Positions 27,714 to 39,986 are shown, counted from the whole stretch's first letter. The stretch is 63,993 nt of DNA, filler included, from Circinaria calcarea (GCA_051942165.1; 8 parts of 8 records of this genome joined end to end with filler, not necessarily neighbours in it); one strand, 5' to 3'. Numbers and translations are program-made. The notes: generated from the sequence alone by a model not told the origin.

Positions 27714-28461
27714 GCAGAGAAGTTGGAAAGGGGGAAAGGCAGTGTGGTGGATCTTCCGGACCAACAGACCGCATACTGTAATCGCATTCTGCGGGCCTCA
27801 TAGCTGAGATAACCAAAGCCGTAATCCAACCCTTTAATTCTTGGCGGTTAAACTGTATTACGTATGGTACATTTCTTCATGGCAAGGGGCCATTGGCTAT
27901 CAGGTAAAGTAGATCTCCAACGCCGCAGCCGGACATTGCAACCAATATGGGGCTGACATGCATTAGTACTCCCGTAGCAAACCATTCAGTCACAAGGTAC
28001 TAATCGCTAGTCGAAACACGGAGACTATCCCCGTCCTGGATCCCTGCTGCATGAACGTCGACCCCGGAGCCCCACACATGCTAAACTTACTACGCTTACC
28101 TATGTAATTTCTACTGTGTAGTGCTCGGGGTTGACTCGCTAACCTCTGTGCCTCCTCGGCAACGCGAACAGGGGAAGGGTGCTGACGATAGGGAATCAAG
28201 ACCACTGAGCCATAGGCCGTCGTGTCAGATATGACGGCGCAGCTTTATGGTATGGGGTTGACAAATCCATGTGCTGAGAGGATTTATCGGGTTCAATGGT
28301 CAAGCCCATCTTCCTTCCTCCCCGTGCAGAATCGAAAAGGTTCACAGGTTGGTGAATCAAGTCTGGAAGGGGTTTTCATGGCAGTATATCTCCAAAGGGA
28401 ATTTGCCTGCCGACATTTCTGTTGACCCCGTCGTCTTTGATCCCGTATACCCTCCTTCACC

Positions 28462-29799
28462 ATGACCCGCTACAATGCCCATGATCGTACCTCCATCATT
28501 TTATCCTCCATCTTTTGTCCCCTCGCGCTGATTTCGGTGATTCTACGTTTCGTGGCGAGATCAAAGACCAAGGCTCGGGTTGGATTCGACGACTGGTTGG
28601 CCGTTCTCGCCCTGCTGACTTATTTCGTCTTTTGCTCAATTGTGTTGTGGGGTATGTGTTGCACTTTTGCCGCATGGATGATATCTCGAGAAAAAAGCTC
28701 ACGATCCGGTCTAGGTGCTGAGAATGGAGGAGGGGGCTATGATCTTCTCACGTTGCCACTGCCGATTATCGCCATTGCCCTCAAGGTTCGAAGCCGCAAT
28801 CTCTTCTTCTCCGTCGATCCAAGCTTATCCTGTGAATAATCGTAGTCGGCCTACATTGCTGCAATCCTCTCCGCAACAGTCATCTCGGTGGCCAAGTTCA
28901 GCGTGCTCCTACTGTACCACCGGGTCTTCCAGTCGGATAAGAGATTCCGCATCGCCGTCAACACGATTGGTGCCCTGTGTTTCGCATGGTGGATCGCGGC
29001 GTCTCTGGGGGCCGCTTTGAGGTGTATCCCAGTCCAATCGCAGTGGAATATCTTCGTCACAGGCAAGTGCTACAATATCCAGAACTTTTTCATTGCCGTG
29101 GAGATTCCCAACTGCATCCTGGACTGGGCAATTGTCGCATTGCCAATTGGAGTCATCCGGGGTCTTCATCTCCAGCTGCGGCATAAGATCACCTTGTGCT
29201 TCATTTTCGCTCTCGGTGGCTTGTACGTTACCATTCTCATCCCGGGCTCCCATTTTGAGAAATTTTTTTAACGGACTCTAGCGTGGGGATTGTAAGCATA
29301 GTCCGAATGGCACAAGTTTACAAAAGTACCGGAGTCGGTCAGTCAACCCCCGCTTCTATCCCAGAGCGGCAATGAGAAGGCCTTTCTGCTAACCCACCCA
29401 AAAATCGCAGAATTCCTAACCGAAAGCGCCATCTGGCTGCAGGCCCAGCTCTGCGCCGCCATCATCTGCATCTCCCTCCCCACCTACCGCCCGCTCCTAC
29501 CCAAAGGAACCTCCTTCACGAGCAGCCTCCGCGGATTCTACCACTCCCTGCTGGAAAAGCGGCCCCGCAGTTTCCGGTGGCAGCAGTCCAGCAAGCCGTC
29601 GGAGTCCCAGGACAGTGATAGCAATCACAGCCGCCACCGGCGCTTTTTCTTCAACCGGTATGGGAATCTGCCGGGTGATGGCGTCGATAAGACGGGACTT
29701 ACCAGTGCGGCCATTGAGAGTGATCATCGGGGGTATGAGCCGAGGAATGGGTATCCAATGAGCGGGATCGCGGTTCGGAATGATGTGGAAGTAGTTTGA
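28462..29799 (+). CDS. Pth11-like integral membrane (rhodopsin-domain) protein without CFEM
   Basis: SVILRFVAR..GFDDWLAV, AKFSVLLLYHRVF, C.PV...W, NCILDWAIVALPI, IFALGG, AIICISLPTYRPL; introns. Confidence 0.88.
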
Positions 29800-31670
29800 A
29801 CCGGTTTGAGGAAGGGGGTTATTTATCCCGAGTCATTGCGAGTTTTGGTTACTGGGATATATTATTAGAAAAAAGGACAAGTCTATTCTAGCCAGCTCTG
29901 CGTCAAGCCAGCATTTTATTATATGATTCTCCAATGGGGGAGGTGTATATAACCAAACTAGGAAAAACCGGCCGAAGCATTTTCATGGCTTGTAAGAACT
30001 AGCTGCTGCAGTTGCCCGCCTATCGTCTCAGAGGATAGAGGATAGAGGATATCGGCAATCATCCGGGACTACGGTTTCGGAAATCCTTTTGGTAGGAGCC
30101 TTTAAACAAGCTTGGTCAAGTTGCCATTAATGCGTGGTATGCAATTTGAATTCTCCAATCTTTTAGGAAAATTATTAGAAACCTTTACGTTTTGTTTTAC
30201 CCGAACACAAATTCGAGAAAACCCCCTCCTGGGGCCTACCTTATTACTTATGTTCTGTGATTCCGCCCAAAATGTTACCTTATGGTACCTTGCTTAATTA
30301 CCGAGTATAACAACCTTCGCCCGCCCGGGGGGGGGCAGGAGATTGAATTCGCAAGCGCGTACCGTACCTAATGTTTATATATATATGCTATGCTACCCGA
30401 CCACTCTTCCCAACCCATTCCTCACCTTACCTTACCATAACCTTTCCATGTCACAGCCAACCAGCCGACATGGGAAAACAAACGACATGGAGCCTTGCGA
30501 GGATTCTGACGATAGAGTAAGTTTTACTAGCAGCTGGCCATAACGATGCGATGGAATGGAGTATATACGCTTTCGATTAGAATATACGTCAACCGGGAGA
30601 AAGGAGGGCTGGGGGACTGAGGGACTGGGACTGGGAGGAGGATTTTGCTTGGGGGGGCGAAAGGAAACGGCCCCGTCGCAACTGGAAGTAAACGTAAAAC
30701 AGGAGCGAGAGTGTCCTGAGATAGGCGGAAATGGTGACAAAGTTGAAGAGGTTAAGATCGCTCAACTAAAATTACAACAGCCCCTGAGATGCGGAGATGC
30801 GGAAGATGCGGGAGATTGTGACAAGTTTTAAGGCTTAAAAATTTATTGGAACTCCAACTCCCAAAAACAGCCAGAACGTAATGGTTGAAAGAAAAAGGCG
30901 GTTAAAGCCGATGATTTTTTGGTGTAAGGGGGGTGTTTTTTTTGTGGGGGGGGGAAGGAAAAAGAAACAATGACAATGCAGGTGTCGGGAATTTAAAGGA
31001 TGCGGGTATTAAAAATAGGGCAAAACCAGTTCAGTACCCACGGGTTCCAGCAAGACGATGAAAACAGATGACGCGAGCATCTCGGGAAGCTTTCGCCCCC
31101 GATTCGATTCCTACAAACCCTGATTGATGCTACGTGAATAATATGTGTGACCTCCAAGGGGGAGGGGGGGGGCGCTCAGGAGAAGAAAGTTAGGGGGGAG
31201 CTATATTTTCATTTCATTTCGCCCAAAAACTTGAGGTACTATATAATACCCCAAAAAAATACTCATGACAAAGCACCCAATATCCGGAAATTTCCGAACC
31301 AGAAACCAGAATCGAAAACCACGAGATGATTTGGCTCTATATATATATGTAATCATGGCACCGAGATATGGATTCACCTATCAGCGTGTTATTGGGATTT
31401 TTCGCTCCCCGTCTCCCAAGAACCAAGGACCAAGAAACGTTGTTGAACCGCGAACCGGGAAACCGGGCTTTCAAGTGTAGTGTACGTCTATGGTAGTGGA
31501 AAGCTAGCATAATTTAAACTAAGTCTGGAACCGTTTTTTGTTCCGGGCTATTTCTATTTCTTTTCTCATGAAGGAAAGAAAGGGCAAAAAGAAACCGTGG
31601 GTCTGGGGAAAAAGGAGATGATAAACTACTCGGACTGATGCGGACCCGGATAAATGTGTTGGAAGTTATA

Positions 31671-31785
31671 GGGCTTACCGAAGCATGTGTTGCATAGGAG
31701 GTCCATGCTCAACACTTCTTACATACCCTATAAAAGCACTTTTTCGCTACATAAATAGCTTAGATAGTTACATACTCAGGTAGCA
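31671..31785 (+). mobile_element. Left terminal inverted repeat of a GGGCTTACCGA-ended non-autonomous element
   Basis: Reverse-complement match to 32381-32497; preceded by TA. Confidence 0.7.
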
Positions 31786-32053
31786 ATGCCACCATACATT
31801 CTGCTGCTCAACAAAATGGGCTTGAGTCGACTTCTGGATACACCATCCCTATTCGACTTCCATTGACGTTCCTTTTTCCACTTTTTCCGCTCAGTTGTTC
31901 ATCTGAGCGAGCACCCGCTGCTCATCCCCTTCCTGATCTTTTCCTTTGCCGACCTGGAATATCACCACAACGGAGAACACTGCAAGCTAGGCTAAGGGAA
32001 ATTGGGGGGGGGGGGGTGGCTTGATTCAAACTTCCACCACCACCACATTTCCC

Positions 32054-32153
32054 NNNNNNNNNNNNNNNNNNNNNNNNNNNNNNNNNNNNNNNNNNNNTTA
32101 ATTAATTAANNNNNNNNNNNNNNNNNNNNNNNNNNNNNNNNNNNNNNNNNNNN
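32054..32153. other. Artificial contig linker
   Basis: N-TTAATTAATTAA-N, 100 bp. Confidence 0.98.
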
Positions 32154-32182
32154 GTATAATACCTAGTATAACACCTAGTATA

Positions 32183-32295
32183 GCACGCTGCAGAGCACGC
32201 TGCAGAGCACGCTGCAGAGCACGCTGCAGAGCACGCTGCAGAGCACGCTGCAGAGCACGCTGCAGAGCACGCTGCAGAGCACGCTGCAGAGCACG
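32183..32295. repeat. 12-bp minisatellite (GCACGCTGCAGA) x ~9.4
   Basis: Perfect tandem copies followed by an (ATA)n-rich tract. Confidence 0.95.
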
Positions 32296-32380
32296 TTATA
32301 TAATATAATAATAATATAATATAATATAGTAATAACATGCTGCATAATATATGTTGGGTAGCGAAATATATAGTGATATT

Positions 32381-32497
32381 CATGCTACCTAAATATGTAT
32401 GTAATTAAGGAACTATCTATGCTACGAAAAAGTGTTTTTATAATGTGTGGAAGTATTAAATATGGACCTCCTAAGCAACACATGCTTCGGTAAGCCC
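32381..32497 (-). mobile_element. Right terminal inverted repeat of the GGGCTTACCGA family (RIP-like mutated)
   Basis: Ends ..catgcttcggtaagccc|TA; inverted copy of 31671-31785 with C>T/G>A changes. Confidence 0.7.
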
Positions 32498-32500
32498 TAT

Positions 32501-34205
32501 TGTAAGGGCGCTGCAATCCTTGGGGCGTATTGAGGAATATGATACGTCCCGATTGGTCATAGCACGGTTACATAGGGTGTAGTTAAACTGTTGCCCTAGG
32601 CTCAATATAAAAGGAGTATATTGAACTCGTTATGGTTCTATAAACATGCTATTCTAAAGAGCGGGAATAGCCTGTTCATATAGTATCGTGCTCTCCTTGC
32701 TCACCCTGCTCACCTCCTGAGCACGCTGAGCATACTGAGCAACACGCTCACCTTGCTCTCCTTGCTCATCTCCTGAGCACACTGAGCATACTGAGCAACC
32801 GGTTCGGCATCCGCCTTTACTCCGGGTCTAGTCCCAATCGGGCCCTAGTACATGCTATGGTGCTGGCGCCATAACACCTATGACTTCCAATAATATAGGG
32901 AAAGCACGCCGTATAGCATGGAAAGAGCACGCCGTATAGCATGGAAAGAGCACGCCGTATAGCATGGAAAAAACACGTAATATAACATAGCAATAGCACG
33001 CGGCATGAAATATGGTATGAAACGGATTATAATATGAAGCATAGCATGGAGTATAGCATGGAGTATAGTATGGAGCATAGCATGGAGCATAGCATAGCGA
33101 AAGCACGTAGTATAGCATAGAAAGAGCACGCAGCACAGCATGGATCATAGTATAGTAAAAAAACGCGGTATAGAATAGCGAAAGCACGTAGCATAGCATA
33201 GAAAGAGCATGCAGCATAGTATAGAAAGAGTAAATAGTATAGCATAGAAAGAGTATATAGTATAGCACGGAAAGAGCATGCAGCATAGCATGGAATAAGC
33301 ATGCAGCATAGTATAGAAAGAGTAAATAGTATAGCATAGAAAGAGCATATAGTATAGCACGGAAAGAGCATGCAGTATAGTATGGAAAGAGCATGCAGTA
33401 CAGCATGGAAAGAGCATGCAGTATAGTATGGAAAGAGCATGCAGTACAGCATGGAAAGAGCATGCAGCATAGCATGGAATAAGCATGCAGTATAGCATGG
33501 AAAAAGCATGTAGCATAGCATGGAGCATAGCATAGCGAAAACACGCGGCATAGCATAGCGAAAGCACGCAGCATAGCATTAAGTATAGTACGCAGCATAG
33601 CATAGCTGGCGGCATGGCATAGCTCGCAGCATAGCATAGCTCGCAGCATAGCTCGCAGCATAGCATGGAAAGAACACGCAGCATAGCATAGCTCGCAGTA
33701 TAGCATGGAAAGAGCACGTAATATAGCATAGCACGCAGCATAGTATAGTATAACAAGAAGCATAAAATAGCATAAGCTTAGCATAAAAGTTAGTACGCTA
33801 CGCTGAATGTAGTAGATTTTTTTCCTATTCGAGCGAAAAACTAGGCTCGATTGAGCGATAAGCTAAACCTAATAAGGTAATTTTTGCGGCCAGAGTGAGA
33901 ACACCGCAAAATTTTGGTTCGGTTCGGAAAATCTTGCGCCGAAGTTGAACCCTTCCACTCATTCTTCGTTTCAGGGCATGCTCAGGGGAAGTGAGCAGGG
34001 TGAGCGGAATGAGCATGCGTGTTATATATAGCAGGCTATTCCCGTTCGTTAGAATAGCATGCTTATAGAACCATAACGAGTTCAATATACTCCTTTTATA
34101 TTGAGCCTAGGGCAACAATTCGACTACACCCTATGTAACAGTGCTATCACCGATCGGGACTTATTATATTCCTCAATAGGCCCTAAGGATCGCAGCGCCC
34201 TTACA
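32501..34205. mobile_element. Non-autonomous 1.7-kb TIR DNA transposon with TGT..ACA ends and 4-bp TSD (Ginger-like)
   Basis: TIRs 32501-~32730 and ~33970-34205 (TGTAAGGGCGCTGC...GCAGCGCCCTTACA); CTAT directly on both sides (32497-32500, 34206-34209); no transposase ORF; satellite interior. Confidence 0.85.
32903..33775. repeat. GCATA-based satellite with ~23-bp unit (GCATGCAGTATAGCATGGAAAGA)
   Basis: Many tandem degenerate copies inside the TIR element. Confidence 0.92.
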
Positions 34206-34671
34206 CTATTAAACGTAAAATAATTCATATTCGTACAACTTTTCTATAGTTATGGCCATAGTAGTACTGATTCCAGGTAAGTAGTATTAAGAGAACATGC
34301 CTACGTATACGTATAATATATTTGGTAAGGTAAGTTAGATATATTTGAAGTTCTATTATGCGACTGACTCCTATTAAGCGACTGACGGGTACTAGACTGG
34401 CAGGTCTAGTAGCGGGGTACGATTATCGACCGCAGCCGAACTTCACCCGAAAGTGGCGCCCCCCTCCAACTATCGTCTCCTCCACATTGCAGTCATACGG
34501 CGTAGTTATGGCGGCTATTGGTGTACTAAACGCTTTTATCTGAGGAACGTCCTCCTCGCTGCCATTCTCATGTCTTTTAGATAATTCTATAAAAATCCCG
34601 CGCCCTCTTTATTCTTGCCGTCCTAGCTTTTGTTTATATACAGTCAGGACAAGTAAAGTAGCTTTTTGAGA

Positions 34672-35671
34672 ATGCGTAAGCTACCAACTCAGAAATAATT
34701 TCCGCTAATAACTATTTTTTTTATAGCTTTTAAACGTTTCCACACAGTCAGTGAAAATCATCTTTTGATAGGGCTTATAATAGCCGCCATTATTCTCCTT
34801 TGTAAGTACTCGGTCAGATTTTATAGGTCTTAGAGGTTTATAGCGCCTCCTAAGTGTAGGACTAACGGGCTCGCAATATTCCAGCTATGTTAATCGCCGG
34901 TTGTGCATCCGCATCGCTAGCTGTGCCCAATATCTATCTCACAACGCTGTTGTATCAAAATGTCACCTTGGTTCAGGACCCGTCCCAGCTGAACCCAAAC
35001 TTATCAGAAACTTTTGCCAAGTTGGTGAACGGCACCTCCCTTGAAGTCCGCACCGGCTACTTTGGTATCTGTACTCGAGTCCATACAGGAGACATCTGGG
35101 TGTGTAACAAAAATGCGGCCGGACTGGCCAGGCAATTCACCGCCTCGCAAGACCCCTTGAACCTAATCTGGACCTCTGCGAAATTCAAAGATGGGATCGT
35201 GTTTTCCGGTTTAATGTACGTTGGCACGCTTCGTTTCCCGCAGCGTTCGATGCGGCTGCATAGTCTAGATGGTAATATATCTGATATAGCATCGCCGCCA
35301 TCATTCTCGCACCGATAACGCTCTTCTTCCTCCTTACGTTCCCCAGATGGCACGAAGAAATCGACGAAGCAGGCTCCGAACGAGACGTGAAACTGTTCCC
35401 CTCCCGTGCGGTATTGCGGACCGCCTTGGCCACATCGACGTTGGCCATGTTATTAATGTTCGTGTCGATTCTCTGGCAGCATACGGCGTCGGTGGCCTCG
35501 ACCACGACAGCCCAGGCCATGGCGTATGGCAGCGTCAAGGGTAAGGTGGGGACGACGGCGATGGCCTTGGGCTGGGCTGGTTTGGCACTGCTCGTCATTG
35601 TTGTCATTGGCTTGGCTCTATATATCTGGGCGATAAAAACTTTAGACGAGTTTTTAGTGAATAGAGATTGA
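34672..35671 (+). CDS. FIG1: Fig1-like Ca2+ regulator / membrane fusion protein (claudin-like tetraspanner)
   Basis: Three introns; IILLSMLIAGC, LEVRTGYFGIC, DPLNLIW..FKDGIVF, FPRWHEE, RDVKLFPSR, LWQHTASVA. Confidence 0.85.
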
Positions 35672-36112
35672 CGATTAGTATGCCTATACGGAGGCAGGTC
35701 GGTTGAAAAGGGAGATATCCTTTGTGATTCCCAGTCATTCTTGTATGTTTTCGAGGATTTAATATTCAAAAGCAGGGTTATATCTTACATTACTCCAGAA
35801 GCTTACTTTTGACCGTGACCGCCCCTTGGGGAAGGCAGAAGTCGGCGAAAAACTCAGTAAGCCGCTTAGGTGCCCTGAAACTGAGGTACGAAGTATAAAG
35901 GTTTAAATCTGGGCACGACCCGATCCGATCCGAGCAAAATTCTGCTGGAGTCGCAGCGAGATACTTAATATGGCCGTTAAAGGTTTAGTTTTTTATATTT
36001 TTCGGCCTAGTTTTATTACTTCTTTGGGCCTTAGCTCTTACATTTTTAGGTAGGTCGTAAAATGCTCGATTATACATTCTCTGCGTATATATAAAGGACT
36101 GCGCGCTATTGG

Positions 36113-36325
36113 TATGCTATGCTGCGTGCTATTACTATGCTATGCTATGCTGCGTGCTATATGCTATGCTACGTGCTATATGCTATATGCTATGCCACGT
36201 GTTATATGCTATACTATAGCTCCATGCTATACTCCATCCCATGCTTCATGCTATGCTGCGTACTCTTTCCATGCTATGCAGCGTGCTACGCTGGGTGCTA
36301 TGCTGCATGCTATACTGGGTGCTAT
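36113..36325. repeat. TATGC satellite, same family as 32903-33775 in opposite orientation
   Basis: tatgctatgctgcgtgctat...ctctttccatgctatgc. Confidence 0.85.
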
Positions 36326-36659
36326 ATTATGTATTATATTAAATACAATACGTTTCAGGGCTTTGTCGATCTCCCTTTTTATTTCGATATAAAACATGCC
36401 TAGAAAAGGCTTATAGATAGCAAGAGGTGAATTTATAAAGAGATTAAAGGGGAAAGCGGAGGAGTAGCATCACGAAAAGGCGGCGGAATATAAAACGTAT
36501 TATTAATATCATGGTTAATAAGAGGGGGCAAATATACAGTGTATTCATTTATTTAAAGCTTATTAAGCTATATTTATATAAGTTTTGGCAGTCCAGATAG
36601 CAGTCTGGACTGGAAGTTAAGTCCAGAGGCTAGAATGCACTGTTAGGATTACCGGCAGC

Positions 36660-36693
36660 ACTGACCTCGTTCAACACGTGACTCGGTAAGCCC
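36660..36693 (-). mobile_element. Third, diverged GGGCTTACCGA-family terminus
   Basis: gacctcgttcaacacgtgactcggtaagccc|TA resembles 32464-32497 and lies downstream of a satellite block. Confidence 0.55.
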
Positions 36694-36764
36694 TATGCTT
36701 TCTAACAACACTTCTTCGAGCTTTGCTAGACTTGAAGGCATCGCGACGGAAATGCAATTGACGG

Positions 36765-39576
36765 CTAATCCGGTAGAACAACGCGGCTCCTCATATAGTA
36801 GGCGGCGAGGAAAAAAACCAGGATGAGAACTGTAAGCATGGCTTTATACCCGTTGTTGATGTCTCGAGTCCAGAGAACGGCCAGGAGAGCTATGGGTAGG
36901 ACGATGAACAGTGAAGCAATGACCATGAAAATCCAAATGCGCTGCCACAGGCATATTATGAATACCCTGGTCGGAATCGGAGTACCAGGAGTTAGTTCCG
37001 CGTCGCTCCTGACTTGGTCTAAACACCGTTTTCTAAGCCTGATGACAGAAGCGCTACGAATGAAGAGGCGCAGGCCGTAAGAGGATGCTGTTATGATAAT
37101 GGCTAGGATGAAAAACGCCGAGACGGAGACGCGAGTGGGGTTTAGTTCTCGTACCTGCATACTAAATATACTCGCCGAGAAGGTAAGGGGAATGAAAAAA
37201 AAGGCCAGCTCCGTTAATTTGGTAACGCTCTCAGCTTCAGCGATTCCACGCTTACTATTAATTATGGACATATTCGCCATTAAAGACTTGTAAGATTTAC
37301 TCGTACGTTGCTGCAACTCGGAGAGGTGTTTGAGGCTGTCTTGAAGTAAAATGTTGAGAGGTACGCTTCCCGTTGGCTTATTAGGCTGAACTGATGATTT
37401 GGCCATTTGTGTCGGCGTGAGAAACCCTGCGAATTGTATGAGCGATTTCTGCAGTTGCCGTAGCGTTATATCGAATTTTTCTATCAAATGTCGCCAGTGT
37501 AGTAGTCTTTGCTGTATTACGGAATCATCCAGAATGTCATGACCGATCTCTGACAGAGCTAGATCCATCAAGTGTATTAGCTCCAAGGTATCTCCACTTA
37601 TAATGTCGAAGAGAAAGTCCAACGGCCCAAATCTGGCCTGTGCGCTCAACTGTCGATGTTGCCGATGCTGTACCCATTGGCAAAGATCGGCTGCTGTGGA
37701 GTTTGTGCCAACCAGCGGATGCTCAAGATTGTGCATATTGTCGGAAGACACGAGGAGGTTGTAATTGATTGGGGGGCCTCGCCGTAGAACATTAGCAAAT
37801 AAACAATATTCCCACGGCTGTAGCGCAATTGACTCGGTCCTTTCTTTTTCGTCAGCTTCTGCTTGCTCTGGGACTTCGGTAACAGGAGGCAAGCCCTCTT
37901 CCGCCCCCACAAACTCGCGAGCATCGTGAGCGGAAGGGGAAGATAAGGATGGAGCGACATAACTCATTAGCTTTGACCAGAGTTTTCGGGGAGCTTTTGC
38001 AAAGGTACGAATCTTAAGAAGCGCCGGACTTCGATGAACCTTTGATTCATCGATATGATTGGCCCCACGGGCATCAACGGCAGCGCTGCTGGAAACGGTA
38101 GGCCTTGTGGCGATTTTGTAATGACCAAGACTTTCAAGTGCGGCGGCGGCACCCTCTACGTGGTCTTTTAGTACGGGCAAGGGATCAAGCAAAAGCACCA
38201 CTGCGTTTTGGAATTTAGCTGTGGATGCAAGGCAGCCCAAAACAGAATGACCAACCAACATGACATCCTTCTAAGTGTTTGCTCCAAACTGTCGCCCGTT
38301 CTTCCCACGCCGATGGGCTCAGCAATGGAGCGACCTTTTCCGCGTTGGTCCCTAAACTCCAATCTTGTCGAAGAATATTGGTCGTTGGACTGGCTTTGTG
38401 TTTCACGCGCCCCATAGTAACGGATTCATTCGAAACTGCTTCAGTCCATACAAGTAGCGGGTTCTCAGGTTTCAGTAATTTAATACGATCATCTGCTGAA
38501 TTCGGTTGTGCAAATTTTGGCATAGTAGGTCTGTACCACCTTATCGACGTATAACTCTTTTCCATGCCACGAGTGATCCAAGTATCAGCCTCTCGATCTT
38601 GATATGTGCCATCATGCCATCCAGAATTTATCAGGTGTTCCTCAAAGAATTCGGGACTAATGCCAAAGGTAGATCCGAGTATTTCAATTAGTTCCACGGA
38701 CAGGTCCTCCACAACAATAAACCGCAGGTTGACGTCTTCTGGGATATCATCCTTTAAGGCTCGACGGAATTTGTTCTTATAGTGCTTTGAAGTACGTCGG
38801 AAATCTGGGGTCTGAAACCGAAGTGGCGTTGACACCAATAAACCGTCAATGTAGTCGTACCATTTTATATTTATGCCATGATGGCGAGTTTTCTGCAGGG
38901 TATGCTGGAGATGCGGAAGATGTGTGGACAGGGCTTTGATGGTCTGCCTATATAACCCTTGCTGTGAACTATCTGAAGCATTCTGTGCCGTAGTTCTGTC
39001 ATGTACTCTACTTGCGAACGGTGGTGGAGATGGTGGTGACTCTAGAACCTCAGTGATTTCTAAATCATCTAGAGTACGCTCAGATGGTTTGCGCAGGTAA
39101 CCAGATCTCGTCTGCGCATCAGTCCGTGCAGAAACGAGATCGCACCGATTTGTTTCCTCAAGAGCATCTAGAGACGATGTACGTACTGAGCGCCCCGAAT
39201 CTGAATTGAGCGACGCTTGGTGGGAGTGGTTGTTTATCGTCGCTACCGATTCGGGTAGTGGAACAAGCGCTGCCGGATTACTGATTCCTCCTACTCGTAA
39301 CAGCGTATCAAGTGACGGTCTTTCGGAATGGCTAGCTATTGAGCCTCTGGAGGAAGCATTTGCCGATGATGGCAAAGGAATGAGAAACGTATCATTACCA
39401 ACCGGAACAGTTTCGGACCCAGGCACATAGTCGTTATTGGTGATATCTGTCGGTGATCTTCGTGTTCCGAAATCAAACTCATCGCCAGCCTTAGACTCAT
39501 CAGGATCGTGTGGTACTATGAAACTGGACTCATATAATGAAGAGTGAGTTCTCGATTCATTGCCTCTAGTAGTCAT
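36765..39576 (-). CDS. Fungal CorA-like domain membrane protein
   Basis: Two ORFs joined by a short intron near 38202-38256. VEDLSVELIEILG...PEFFEEHL; SKRGIAEAESVTKLTELAFFFIPLTFSASIFSMQV plus transmembrane helices. Confidence 0.8.
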
Positions 39577-39986
39577 ATTGATAATGGCAACACTAGAGCA
39601 GCGGGAGGTAGGGGGAGAATGATATTATACACAAGCATGATACCACCAAAGTATCTACCAACGAACGGTGGGATACTCCATCAGTATTGAATGTTAAGCA
39701 TAGTAGCGCGCAACATCCAGAGGTAAGAATGGTCAGCGCCTTTTGAAAGTATTCAAGGGCGGTGACATGGCACCTCCAAGGTAACTTGATGAAGACTGCA
39801 AAGCTCACGCTGAGGTTGGTGTTTTCATCGAGAATGTTTACCATTGGCCCGAGCTTTGTACGCCCTATGGTAGTACGTCATTCCGCATCCCTACACGCCT
39901 ACAAAGCTAACAAAAACAAAAAGCGTTTCCCAAAAGCCCAGCTCCCATCTGAACATGTGCCCTCCCCCGCCTTCGCCCTCGCAGCC

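Noticed and set aside
31671..32497. A single 0.8-kb MITE defined by the two inverted arms
   Set aside because: Spans an artificial linker between size-sorted contigs, so the pairing cannot be assumed
32903..33500. CRISPR-like array
   Set aside because: Head-to-tail degenerate repeats with no unique spacers, no cas genes, eukaryotic context
32817..33784. Cys/Tyr/Met/Leu-rich ORFs (309, 203, 174 aa)
   Set aside because: Translations of the GCATA satellite, open in several frames; not real proteins
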